Below are positions 28,125 to 38,236 of a stretch of DNA of 64,000 bases, piece after piece. Made by a program: the position numbers and the translations under genes. Origin of the DNA: Nitrosarchaeum sp. (GTDB lineage: Archaea > Thermoproteota > Nitrososphaeria > Nitrososphaerales > Nitrosopumilaceae); contig OZ245020.1 of the NCBI GenBank assembly GCA_965223865.1, positions 1,568,001 through 1,632,000 of the forward strand, in the 5' to 3' direction. Positions within the stretch are counted from its first letter, which is position 1. Every line of letters starts with the position of its first letter. The notes under the pieces were generated by a model. That model was not told where the DNA came from. It saw nothing but the letters and a program-made list of their open reading frames with translations, and did no database searches.

Positions 28125-28982
28125 ATGACATATTCACAAACACAAAACATCAAAACAAATCGCACGATAAATAGAACAGAAAGATTACAAGCATCATCGA
28201 CACAAGACATATGTCTATGTCAAAACAAAGAACGTCAATTAGTCACAACAGTTGAGGAAAGTGAGATTGTCTGCAAGAATTGTGGAGTTGTTTTTGGTTT
28301 TGATGAGGAGGACAACAGCAACATCATTTCGTATCAACACTTTACAAGATCCAAAATCAACTTGTATCAAAAAAGACAAAAGGGTGGAAATCCACATGAT
28401 GTAAAAAAGATAACACATATTCCCAATCTAAGATTGGAGAAAAGTAACAACTCAGACATCATTGCATTTGCAGATATTTGTGACAAGCTAAAACTATCTG
28501 ATGTCATATCTGAGAACTGCTGGAAGTTATACTGTGATTTGAAAAGGCATACAGGGAAATTTACCCGAGCAAAGGTGATGTGTCTTGCCATTTACCAGAC
28601 CTGCATGGACAGCTGCATTCCCTTTGATGAGGGAAAAATCCGAGACATGGTGTGCCAAAGCTTGGGAGTCAAAAATGCACCAATGCTAAAAAGCATTATC
28701 TTCAAGAGAGAAAAAGGAAAATACGGCATAAAATCAAACAATAAGGAGACATTCTATCTGAATTTGCATCTCTCCCAGGCACAACAAGACCATGATATCA
28801 AGGATATTACCATGCTAAGACGGATTGCAGCAAGATACTATGAAACCATTATAAAGCCGGCCTCTTCTTCTTCCTTAAAAAATAACGGATTATCACCTGT
28901 AATGAGAAATAATAATTCAGACTACAACACACTGGCCAAAAGGGCTGTGACACTGGCAATTCAGAGGTGTGCCATACAATGA
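28125..28982 (+). CDS. tfb: divergent transcription factor B (TFIIB)-like protein
   Basis: Zn ribbon CLC...EIVCKNCGVV; cyclin-fold repeat ICDKLKLSDVISENCWKLY...AIYQTC; canonical C-terminal BRE-binding HTH not recognisable. Confidence 0.75.
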   Translation: MTYSQTQNIKTNRTINRTERLQASSTQDICLCQNKERQLVTTVEESEIVCKNCGVVFGFDEEDNSNIISYQHFTRSKINLYQKRQKGGNPHDVKKITHIPNLRLEKSNNSDIIAFADICDKLKLSDVISENCWKLYCDLKRHTGKFTRAKVMCLAIYQTCMDSCIPFDEGKIRDMVCQSLGVKNAPMLKSIIFKREKGKYGIKSNNKETFYLNLHLSQAQQDHDIKDITMLRRIAARYYETIIKPASSSSLKNNGLSPVMRNNNSDYNTLAKRAVTLAIQRCAIQ

Positions 28983-30145
28983 GCAGCAACATACCATTAA
29001 AGACTAGAGTAGGGATTTCAGAGATACTTTCACCACCTGTAAGTGTGGGAATATGCACTCAATCTAACATTGACAAGTTTGCATATATTGCAAGGAATGA
29101 TCCAGAGTCATTGCCTGAAATCAAGCTAACAAAAGTAGATGGAAAACTCTATGCAATTAATCATCACGATGTCATATTGGGATGTATGCAGGCAGGTCCA
29201 AGTGTTATCTCAGAGATTAATGGAGTAATCACAGATGAGAATTGTAAAGGATCTCATGATATTTTACTTGCACATTTCAAAGAGATTCTGGAAAACGAGG
29301 TGCTTAATCCAGTGTCAGTCTTTGATAGCATATACTATCTAGAAGAGAAGATGCAATTACAAAAACAAGACATACTTGAGATGTTGCATATCAGTGGGAC
29401 ACCATTTGAGAAAATAATTCTCTCCAAAAATAACAACCACATCTATGCAAAATCAATTGAACAGTTACAACTAATTGTAAACCAACTATCTCATAGAAAG
29501 AATCTGATACCATCCCAGGTATGTGTCCCGTTGTATGTAATATCAAGAATCTCAAGACTGAATGAAGAGTCGCATCAGTTGCAGCTGATAACTCAGATTC
29601 ATTCAGATCTTGATGCAATGAGTGATGGCTCCTTTGCATGGACTACACCTGAACAGATTGATTCCATGATAAGATACATCAGACAGGATGCAACACACGA
29701 GGAAAACAACAGGGAAGAATCAACTATAGCCAACATGACAAAAACAAAAGACATAGGAATACCAGAAAAGAAATCAAAAAAAGAGAACAAGGACACAAAG
29801 CCCCAACCTGAAAAGACAGACCCTGAAACCCTTATGGTAAAAAAGTCAATACCCAACATGATAATCATCCCCGATGAAAAGACAGGCAAGCCTCAGATTC
29901 TTGTAAACAAGAGGACCGGCGCAGTATCAAAGATAGAGCCATCAGACAACCACAATATCATAAAGACCACTTCTGTAGGCACAAAACCACTCTATTCCAT
30001 CCCGCTTGATGTCATAAATCACCTGAAATTTGACAAATCCCAGATAAAGCACAAGAACCTCGAGTCGCCAAGGCAGCTAATTGATGCATTGAAGACATTT
30101 CCAAAGGGTACAAGACTGTCCGTATTCTGGAGCGTTGCGCAATAG
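28979..30145 (+). CDS. ParB/Srx-like N-terminal domain protein
   Basis: LPEIKLTKVDGKLYAINHH resembles the ParB core, followed by a helical HTH-like region; ATGA-coupled to tfb. Confidence 0.55.
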   Translation: MSSNIPLKTRVGISEILSPPVSVGICTQSNIDKFAYIARNDPESLPEIKLTKVDGKLYAINHHDVILGCMQAGPSVISEINGVITDENCKGSHDILLAHFKEILENEVLNPVSVFDSIYYLEEKMQLQKQDILEMLHISGTPFEKIILSKNNNHIYAKSIEQLQLIVNQLSHRKNLIPSQVCVPLYVISRISRLNEESHQLQLITQIHSDLDAMSDGSFAWTTPEQIDSMIRYIRQDATHEENNREESTIANMTKTKDIGIPEKKSKKENKDTKPQPEKTDPETLMVKKSIPNMIIIPDEKTGKPQILVNKRTGAVSKIEPSDNHNIIKTTSVGTKPLYSIPLDVINHLKFDKSQIKHKNLESPRQLIDALKTFPKGTRLSVFWSVAQ

Positions 30146-30156
30146 TAGTTCCATGA

Positions 30157-30882
30157 ATGACGCACAAAACCACACTGTCAGAGCTTGACAGAAAGATAAA
30201 GGGTTTTTTGCTCTACAAGAAAAAAATTCACAGAAATTCCACATGCAGCAACATTATGGATATGTTGTATCCGGATGTATGGCTTGCCGTTTCACAAATA
30301 GCATCAAGGACACGCAAGCCGTACCTTTACACAAAAAAGATTGTATTGCAGATGCACTCAGACGGATATCTACTCCATGATGAAAAAAGATACAACAGAA
30401 AATATTTCCTATCAGATGCAGGACGATGGTTTGCAGTATGTGTGCAGTTGGATTACATATCATTTCAGTCATTGTGTATTTTGTCTCAGACATACTGCAA
30501 AGTCAAAAGGAACCCAAACAGCAAGGCAAGCTGCTACATGATATCAAAGTTCAGAGATGTATTTGACAAGTCACACGATGATGAAGATGGTATATGTGCA
30601 AGTGCAGTGTATACGCCAAGAAACATTTCACAGTCAATTAGAATGCTGACTGACAGGAATTTATTATATTGGGCAAACGAGGATTTTGTAAGGATCAGCC
30701 CAGAAATTTTTGTTTACTTGCAAAAATATGATAGGGACTTTGTATCTCTTGTGTCATGGCAGAGAAGAATGGTTGAAAAATGCCGAAAGGAACAATTCAA
30801 AGCTGTCATGACTAGTCCAGAAAAAAATAATCTGTTCTCATTAATTGGCCAAATCAATGAACAATTGAAAGGTCCACTCTGA
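30157..30882 (+). CDS. hypothetical protein, probable winged-helix domains
   Basis: SQIASRT......KIVLQMHSDGYL....KYFLSDAGR. Confidence 0.6.
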   Translation: MTHKTTLSELDRKIKGFLLYKKKIHRNSTCSNIMDMLYPDVWLAVSQIASRTRKPYLYTKKIVLQMHSDGYLLHDEKRYNRKYFLSDAGRWFAVCVQLDYISFQSLCILSQTYCKVKRNPNSKASCYMISKFRDVFDKSHDDEDGICASAVYTPRNISQSIRMLTDRNLLYWANEDFVRISPEIFVYLQKYDRDFVSLVSWQRRMVEKCRKEQFKAVMTSPEKNNLFSLIGQINEQLKGPL

Positions 30883-30945
30883 CTTCCAGAAATTTGGAAG
30901 TGAGACTGGACCTTTTGGGTTTCAGAGTTTTATTGTTATTTCTGG

Positions 30946-31647
30946 TTGTTCTTTGTGGAAACAGAACTACGTATCATTTTGCTGATATCAATGTTGGGCA
31001 TTGCAGCAACATTTGATGTAAAGTCAAGAAAGATTCCCGATGCAATATGGCTGGTTTTTGGTGGGATTGGGGCTGTATTGTATATCTGGGACTATGATGA
31101 TGGAATGACCTCATACCATGTCATTACTATTCTTACATCAGTCTTTGCAGGAATGATGTTATGGAAATGGAAAATAGCAGGCTTGGCTGATACGTTTGCT
31201 GTTCTTGCAATGGCCGTAATCCTGCCAGTTCATTACGAATTTGTAATGATGCCAATAATGATTCTGGTAACGGCATTTCTTTTGATGGTGGTTTTTGTTA
31301 CTTTGTACAACGTGTCTCTGAATGTATTTGATATCCTCAGGTCAAGAAAGATGTGTATATTCTCTGAATTTTCAGAACCAAGATACAAAAAGGTTTTTGC
31401 ATTTCTTGTTGTTCACAGAAAAAGAAGATTTGAAAAATTTGTCATTCCAGTGGAGAATTCAATGAGCATAACGCCTTATGTCAAGTCATTTGCGTTTCTA
31501 TTATCTAGAAACAGAGTAAAAAGAGACAGCCAGTTACTGCAATCAAATGGAATGTATGTGCAAAGCATACCACCGCTAACAGTTTACATGTTTGGGGTTG
31601 ATTTGTTTTTGTTGTTACCTGAAATTCTAAGTATCTTGTTTTCTTAA
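30946..31647 (+). CDS. A24 prepilin peptidase (PibD/FlaK-like)
   Basis: ATFDVKSRKIPDAIW and GLAD catalytic Asp motifs; multi-TM. Confidence 0.85.
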   Translation: MFFVETELRIILLISMLGIAATFDVKSRKIPDAIWLVFGGIGAVLYIWDYDDGMTSYHVITILTSVFAGMMLWKWKIAGLADTFAVLAMAVILPVHYEFVMMPIMILVTAFLLMVVFVTLYNVSLNVFDILRSRKMCIFSEFSEPRYKKVFAFLVVHRKRRFEKFVIPVENSMSITPYVKSFAFLLSRNRVKRDSQLLQSNGMYVQSIPPLTVYMFGVDLFLLLPEILSILFS

Positions 31648-31869
31648 TTTATATTATAAAATTAATTTCTAATTGATCTAAGATTTTTTTGTAATGTTGC
31701 GACCTGCAGGATTTGAAGGTTTTTGGGATTGTTTTGGTATCAGTACATACAAAATGAATTCTTAGTGAGATAAATTTGGATTAGATTGAACTTTTAGATC
31801 CATTTAACATCTTATGAATGAAGATAGATTCAGGTGGTCATGAAAAATAAAAAAAGAGGAGATGAATTT

Positions 31870-32604
31870 CTAGTCGTCTTCGTCATTACTATTTTGATGA
31901 TCTAGAATTTTTTTGCATATTTTTTCTCCATTTTTAGTTGGCTCTAAAAGCATCTTAACATAGGGCGCTTTATGATCTGGTCTATCTTCAAGTTCACCAT
32001 GAACTGCAGAGAAAACCTTACCCTCACATAATAGACCTAGGTTTTCAGTCAACGTGTGAGAATTATCAGGCTCACCATAAGACAGGTTTTCATCTCCATC
32101 ATCCCAAATCCCCTTTACGATTCCTTGTACTGGTTTTACCACTACTTGAGAATCATCAAATCCAGGATTTCCAAATACATTGAGTTGGTGGGGTCCTTTT
32201 GGATTACTAGTATCATCATTTGTCATTTTATGGATATGCATACCATCAATATCATCTAATGCACCATCAGGCGTATGGTGATCAGTATTACTATCAATTA
32301 ATTCCATACCAGTGACCTGAATTTTGTACTTTAGAGCTTTACCCTTTTTGTCTAGCCATGCAGTCATCTTACAATCCAGTTCCTCAAAGTTTCCTGGAGG
32401 CAAAAATTGTTCTGCAAAGGGTGTTATGATACAGTTTTCAGAAACAAAGCTAGGTTTTTTTTGAAAATTTAGTTTTTTTCTATCATCATGATCATCATCA
32501 TCTCTGTCTGCAGCAGCTTGTTGTATGTTGCCTGCAGTGATTAACGATGCAGATAATATCGCTCCTAACGTTATTACAAAAAATGCACGTGTTTTTGAAT
32601 TCAT
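31870..32604 (-). CDS. secreted CHRD-like domain protein
   Basis: Signal peptide; LKYKI.VTG...GMHIH...GP...AVH. Confidence 0.72.
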   Translation of the reverse strand: MNSKTRAFFVITLGAILSASLITAGNIQQAAADRDDDDHDDRKKLNFQKKPSFVSENCIITPFAEQFLPPGNFEELDCKMTAWLDKKGKALKYKIQVTGMELIDSNTDHHTPDGALDDIDGMHIHKMTNDDTSNPKGPHQLNVFGNPGFDDSQVVVKPVQGIVKGIWDDGDENLSYGEPDNSHTLTENLGLLCEGKVFSAVHGELEDRPDHKAPYVKMLLEPTKNGEKICKKILDHQNSNDEDD

Positions 32605-32836
32605 TGATTGAAGTTTCTTTATTTTTATTCTTAATCAGTTTGGTATATTCGTAGAATGTACCTATTTTTGTTAAAAAGCCGGATTAAGAGTGTGGTGATT
32701 ATTTTGATACCAAAATAATGTTAATGCTGTGAATGATTTCTTGAATTATTTTGAAAATCTAAACCCTCATACAAATCACAACCTAATGAAAATTTCCTAT
32801 CTTTTATCAAAATTTCTCATATCTTTTTGATTTTAT

Positions 32837-35800
32837 TTGGGAAACTATTGGTCACTGTCAAACATCCAAAAACCAAGTGGACATCTTGACTCTGTAAGAG
32901 ATTTTTTAGGAATAACAGACAAGTCAAAGATATCATGCTGCCAGGTAATCGTACCCATATCTATTGACGTCAAGCTTGCTATACAGTCAGCTTCTAATAT
33001 TCTGGGATTGCCATCAAAGAACCCATACCACAACACAGTACGCTCCTTTGAGATCTGGTGGAACGGCGCAAAAAAGCAATTAAAGCTAGTTCTGGTATCG
33101 CATTCCCCTGAAGACTTGGAATCATTCAAGACTTCATTCTCACAAATGTATCCCAATACCACATATTCTGACCTGAAAACAATTTCACCGGAATGGTACA
33201 ACATATCAAAAGAATACAAGATATTTGACGTGTCAACTCGCCACGGTCACTACAGTACCCTGTTTGACAGGTCAAATGCCCATAGTACCATCACCAGAGT
33301 TGCAAACACGATACAGCTTGCTAATTTTGCATGGATTCAGTTTGTATTTGCACCATACAATTTTACCCCGTATCTCAAGTCTCACCACAACCAGCTAAAC
33401 CGCAGAATAAAATTTGTTACAAGCAAAAAGTTTCGTAGCTGGATTGATGAGATCAAAGATATCAAGCCATACGAGAATCCGGAAAACGGAATGGACTTTT
33501 ACAACAACTACAAGACTATGCAGTCAGACACTTCACAGAAGATGCAAAAGTCGCATGTCATCATGAGCATCAGAGGATTGTTGTCCTCATCTGAAAATAG
33601 TAATTTAGAATCAATTCCATTTGATGATATAAAGTCAAACTATGAGCATCTAACCTCATACACATACAACTATTCAAAGTTCTGCAACAAAAAACCAAAG
33701 AGAGCTGGCTCTCCAATTACAATATCCGGAGAAAAGAAACATTTTGAACGCCAATCATTATTTGAGTTAAGGCTGATTCCTGCTGCAAAAAAGTCACTTG
33801 AAAATGCAATTAGTGGCTACTTTAATGCGTCAAAACTTACCGGGGATTACAAAATTAGAAAGCCACTACCATTTCTCGTACTGAATAATGACGAGATGTC
33901 TTTGTTTGTGCACCTACCTGATGCAGTAACTACAAAAAACTTGCAGACATCAAGGAATGTCTCATTGCCAACCAAGATAACATCAAAGAAGGGATTCAAT
34001 CTAGGATATTTGCAAGAATCCAAGATTAATTTTAGCCAGTATGGTAAAATTGTAAAATCAACTGACCAACAATGCTCAGTAGTATCGCCTGCAGATTTCT
34101 CGAGGCATGGCTATATCGTGGGTGGAACTGGTTCAGGCAAGACCACACTACTAAGAATAATTGCAAAGCATCTGGAGACATCAAATCTCAATGGAGAGTT
34201 CCCAAACAGTTTCATTTACCTGGATCCAAAAGGTGATGACTCACTCAAGTTCATCGAACAGTGTGGCAAACAATCAATTGAAAACCACAACGTACACTTT
34301 TTGGATCCAATTGAAACTGATTTCTCAATCAATCCATTGGAATTACCAAGGTATTCTCCTGAGAAAAGACAAGAGACAGTGTCCCGATATGTCGGATATT
34401 TCATGGATATTCTAAAGGAGTGGTACAAACAGCAGCAGAGCTTTGTGCAGATGGAGAGAATCTTTCGCGTGTTGCTCTTTTACATGTACCAGAACAATGA
34501 TGCACCAACTTTTTTGGACATGTATGATATCATAATAAACATCCAAGAAGAACAAGAAAAGTTTCTGCAGATAATGTTCAAGGCATTAGGGATGCCAGAT
34601 TCAGAAGCAATGAAGCAAGCTTTGACATCAATTGCAACATTACGTCCTGAATCATTTGTGCCATTGCTAAACAGAGTTGAGCAGTTTGCAACAGACCCAA
34701 TACTAAAAAAGGTGTTTTGTGTCAGACATGGAACCGTAAAGTTTGAAGATTTGATAAAACCAAACCAGTACACAATAGTCAGGATATCATCGCTACACTT
34801 GGCGCACCACATACAACCATTGGCAATCCAAGCTTTTGTCATAAAGTTGTGGTTTACCATACAGGAAAGAGCATCTCACACCACAGAGAATGACAGAAAC
34901 TATGTCATTCTAGCTTTGGATGAGTTCCAGATAGTATCAGATTTGCATGTGTTGCCGATGATACTATCGCAAGCGAGATCATATCGTCTTGGGTTGTTGT
35001 TGGCACACCAGACTACGGCTCAAATTTCAGACTCTTTACTAGAAGAAATAACTGGAAACTGTGGGACTCAGCTAGCCGGAAGAATATCAGGCAAGGATGC
35101 ATCAAAACTTGCAAACATCTGGGATCCTCGATTCTCAAAGGAGATTCAGCAGCAGCTAGCCTCGCAAGAAGACTATCACTGGACCATCAAGATGAGAGCA
35201 GAACCAGGCGAAGAACAGCCCACACCACTCCAGTTCTGGTTGCACAACCCGCCACCAAATCTCAATGAGAATGGGCATTTTCTTGATAATTTTATCTCAA
35301 AGCAAAAGAAACTGTATGGGAATTATGATGGAGATGATGACAAAAAAGAGAGTTCATTTGATGAAGATGACAATTCCTCCATTTTACAGCAAAAACAGAT
35401 TCAAAGAGACAGGTGGATGAGACACATCACAGTTTCACTTCCTGCAAAAGAGCAATGGCAAATAATGGTGGCATTGCACAAAAACAAGAAGAGTCCACTC
35501 CTGCTAACTGAAATCACAGAGCAAGTCAGAGCTGAGACACGTGATGATGTCATATCTATACTAAAGAAGATGATAAAAAATGGAATTGTAGAAAAGGATG
35601 ATTCAACCCGGAATGTAAAATATTTTCTGTCCAAAAAGGCTGTCAAGAACTATTTCACATTTGATGATACTAAAATTGGAACAGCTAAAGACATTTCAAG
35701 AATAACACAAAAGGTCATAAAAAATTATCTGGACAAGGGAGTGTTCATCACCATAGCATCTCAGAATATTGAAAAAGACAAGTATCGCCCTGACCTGATT

Positions 35801-36013
35801 GGATATCATTATGATGAGGAAAAATCAATCAGTATAGAGATAGAGTCGGCAAGTGAATTGACAAGCCATCCAGAACATGTCCGACTCAACATGGAAAAGT
35901 GGAAGGACATGGGATTTGACATGTGTCATTGCTGGTCTGAAAGCAAGAAACTATTGGAGGTTTATGATTACCAGGTAACGGACAAGAAAAATGTCAAGGC
36001 ATTTCTAATTTAA
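32837..36013 (+). CDS. virD4: VirD4/TraG-like coupling ATPase with C-terminal wHTH and PD-(D/E)xK-like domain
   Basis: HGYIVGGTGSGKT, LDPKGD, INPLE, LALDEFQ, SQARSYRLGLLLAHQ; C-terminal RPDL...ISIEIES. Confidence 0.85.
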   Translation: MGNYWSLSNIQKPSGHLDSVRDFLGITDKSKISCCQVIVPISIDVKLAIQSASNILGLPSKNPYHNTVRSFEIWWNGAKKQLKLVLVSHSPEDLESFKTSFSQMYPNTTYSDLKTISPEWYNISKEYKIFDVSTRHGHYSTLFDRSNAHSTITRVANTIQLANFAWIQFVFAPYNFTPYLKSHHNQLNRRIKFVTSKKFRSWIDEIKDIKPYENPENGMDFYNNYKTMQSDTSQKMQKSHVIMSIRGLLSSSENSNLESIPFDDIKSNYEHLTSYTYNYSKFCNKKPKRAGSPITISGEKKHFERQSLFELRLIPAAKKSLENAISGYFNASKLTGDYKIRKPLPFLVLNNDEMSLFVHLPDAVTTKNLQTSRNVSLPTKITSKKGFNLGYLQESKINFSQYGKIVKSTDQQCSVVSPADFSRHGYIVGGTGSGKTTLLRIIAKHLETSNLNGEFPNSFIYLDPKGDDSLKFIEQCGKQSIENHNVHFLDPIETDFSINPLELPRYSPEKRQETVSRYVGYFMDILKEWYKQQQSFVQMERIFRVLLFYMYQNNDAPTFLDMYDIIINIQEEQEKFLQIMFKALGMPDSEAMKQALTSIATLRPESFVPLLNRVEQFATDPILKKVFCVRHGTVKFEDLIKPNQYTIVRISSLHLAHHIQPLAIQAFVIKLWFTIQERASHTTENDRNYVILALDEFQIVSDLHVLPMILSQARSYRLGLLLAHQTTAQISDSLLEEITGNCGTQLAGRISGKDASKLANIWDPRFSKEIQQQLASQEDYHWTIKMRAEPGEEQPTPLQFWLHNPPPNLNENGHFLDNFISKQKKLYGNYDGDDDKKESSFDEDDNSSILQQKQIQRDRWMRHITVSLPAKEQWQIMVALHKNKKSPLLLTEITEQVRAETRDDVISILKKMIKNGIVEKDDSTRNVKYFLSKKAVKNYFTFDDTKIGTAKDISRITQKVIKNYLDKGVFITIASQNIEKDKYRPDLIGYHYDEEKSISIEIESASELTSHPEHVRLNMEKWKDMGFDMCHCWSESKKLLEVYDYQVTDKKNVKAFLI

Positions 36014-36333
36014 AACACTTCATCTAATGGATTGTAACTATTGGTATCATCTTGCTTTTCCTGCATAGGGGTTTTTGATTCTAATTGTTTTTCATCAGTT
36101 GTTTCTGGATTGATCTTTTGAATCTTTTCAATCTCATTTTTTGATAGCTTGTGGTTTATTTTTCGTACACCAAATGTTGCATCATTAACCAGTTCAACAT
36201 ACAGAAAACTGCCTGAATGGATATTCATCTTTTTGACGATTTCAGATGGAATGCTAAAACACAACGAACCGCTGCCCTCACCCCATACATTTCTGATGAA
36301 GCAATATGACGGTTTACTACTGCTGATTCTCAT
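36010..36333 (-). CDS. AbrB/MazE-like DNA-binding protein
   Basis: GSGSLCFSIPSEIVKKMNIHSGS. Confidence 0.78.
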   Translation of the reverse strand: MRISSSKPSYCFIRNVWGEGSGSLCFSIPSEIVKKMNIHSGSFLYVELVNDATFGVRKINHKLSKNEIEKIQKINPETTDEKQLESKTPMQEKQDDTNSYNPLDEVF

Positions 36334-36362
36334 AGCATGACATATTTCATTTGTATTTAACC

Positions 36363-36405
36363 TCCTGACTGTCAGGATAATCCGGACTGTCATGACCATC
36401 CTGAC
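36363..36405. repeat. 18-bp-period palindromic repeats
   Basis: tcctgactgtcagga / tccggactgtcatga / tcctgac. Confidence 0.8.
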
Positions 36406-36780
36406 TATATTTTTGATGATTTGGTGTGAATTATGGGCTAATCAGGCACAAAAACACGACAAACTTCCCTAAACTGCACAAAATCTACAAAGTTCGCAAT
36501 TATACCTAATAGTTGATAATTTTATTATTTTTTTCTTTTTTTGAATTTTAGATTTTCTAAGGAAAATCATCCAAGGTTAAATCAAACTGAATAATACCAT
36601 TTCATGAATGAAATCCAGTATTTCAAACTATTAAAAGAAACAGTAAGAGAATCCAAAAAATTTGGAAGAATAATAATTGTTGTTAACAAGAATTCCCTAG
36701 ATGTAGAGAAACACTAGACAGAATTGAGTCTGAAATCAGAAAAGTAGCAACTCTAAATTAAAAGTATCAATCATTTTATT

Positions 36781-37299
36781 TTGTATTTGGCATACAATAA
36801 ACTAAATGTTGATTTTTCCCACAGACCATACTTTCTCAATCTTGTACTGATTCTTGTGATTGGCTACTTTTGTCTTTTGATGGTACCTATGATTTTGGGT
36901 CTTGTACCAGATTTTATTGTTAACCTTTCTCCATATGGAGTTCTTTTATCATTATACTTTGTACTGGGTATTCCAACCTATATTTACTCTAGAAAGATTT
37001 TCAGAGGAATCTCAGGGAGTACACGCTCTAAAATCTTAATAGTTTCATTTTTTATTCTATTTGGATTTCACTTGTTTCTGTTGAATTCACACCACATCTA
37101 TTCTTATTTTGAATCAGACAAAGAGGACAGATTTTCCAAAATCGCTGAGGAGATTAGACAAAGGATTCCAGATGAGACAAGATTTGAAGGACTGTCAGAT
37201 CCTGAAATATTTGAGATTCTATATACTGAACATATGTGTCTAGAAGAAGGAGAATTTTGTGAGCGATACCGTGATCTTCTCAGCATCTCAAAACCATAG
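36781..37299 (+). CDS. membrane protein (3 TM)
   Basis: Three hydrophobic segments and a soluble tail. Confidence 0.65.
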   Translation: MYLAYNKLNVDFSHRPYFLNLVLILVIGYFCLLMVPMILGLVPDFIVNLSPYGVLLSLYFVLGIPTYIYSRKIFRGISGSTRSKILIVSFFILFGFHLFLLNSHHIYSYFESDKEDRFSKIAEEIRQRIPDETRFEGLSDPEIFEILYTEHMCLEEGEFCERYRDLLSISKP

Positions 37300-37300
37300 C

Positions 37301-37561
37301 CTATCTAGTCCTAGAATTGTTTTTTCTCCATGTTAGGAGATATCTTATCATATAGACCAAAATTAGGCTCAACAGCACATAATACAGAATGGTCCCATAG
37401 GGAAACGGAAGCAATAGATGAAGTCCCATCTGTATTCCTGAAAGTACTGCCCATCCTACTATCGCAGTCAAGGTTACGATAATGATGATTTTGGTCTTGG
37501 AGTCAGCAGTTATGTTCATTTTAGTTTGAGGTTTTGTAATTGTGAATGTATTGTTTTCCAT
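37301..37561 (-). CDS. small 2-TM membrane protein
   Basis: Two hydrophobic helices around LLPFPYG. Confidence 0.65.
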   Translation of the reverse strand: MENNTFTITKPQTKMNITADSKTKIIIIVTLTAIVGWAVLSGIQMGLHLLLPFPYGTILYYVLLSLILVYMIRYLLTWRKNNSRTR

Positions 37562-37641
37562 TTATTGAGAGAATCTATCATACTCTTTACAGAGTTAGAG
37601 ATTCTTTTCAGGAGAATCAAGCAAATGATTAGCCTTTTTTG

Positions 37642-37764
37642 CTAGCCATTAATGGCATTCCAACAACAGCATTCATCCCATGAACAATTTGGACACTCTT
37701 TTGGAGACACACTATGTTTGCATTCTTCTGGAGTACAACCGCAATCAGCACAATTGATTTGCAC
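37642..37764 (-). CDS. 40-aa metallothionein-like Cys-rich peptide
   Basis: GTG start, MQINCADCGCTPEECKHSVSPKECPNCSWDECCCWNAING (9 Cys); TTTTAT box upstream. Confidence 0.7.
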   Translation of the reverse strand: MQINCADCGCTPEECKHSVSPKECPNCSWDECCCWNAING

Positions 37765-37949
37765 AAATATGGTGTGATGCTCTAAGATAAAAAGTTCTTA
37801 CTCGAATCAAAATTTTTGCCCTTTTCTGTTTCATTCTTTTAGAAAAATCAAATTCTTAGTTGTGTTATGATGATTATTTTGTTAAACAAAGCTATGAACG
37901 ATTTATCAGTTCTACCATTCCCTTTTATCAAATTATTCGAACATACAAT

Positions 37950-38120
37950 ATGGAAATGGAAATACCTATACCCTGTCCCAAGTGCAGTGGAAAGATGCGT
38001 TGCATTTCATATGAGGGTGCAACGTTACAAATTTTGAGAAAGAGAAGCTGGCAGGTCTGTAAGACTTGTGATTTTGAGAGAAGCACTGATGATTTTAAGC
38101 GACTGCTTTGTTGTGTGTAA
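37950..38120 (+). CDS. zinc-ribbon microprotein
   Basis: MEMEIPIPCPKC...VCKTC; CCTTTTA promoter 29 nt upstream. Confidence 0.75.
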   Translation: MEMEIPIPCPKCSGKMRCISYEGATLQILRKRSWQVCKTCDFERSTDDFKRLLCCV

Positions 38121-38236
38121 GAAACCGACAAAGATTGATTATCATTGTTCCATTATGTGACACATTTCTTTTATTCTCATTACCAATATTTTTTGTCACA
38201 TCATAATCATATACAATGTCTTGATTTACATAAAAA

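Noticed and set aside
30880-30905. Hairpin ctgacttcca...tggaagtgag as oriT
   Set aside because: Single short imperfect inverted repeat at a gene end with no other support.
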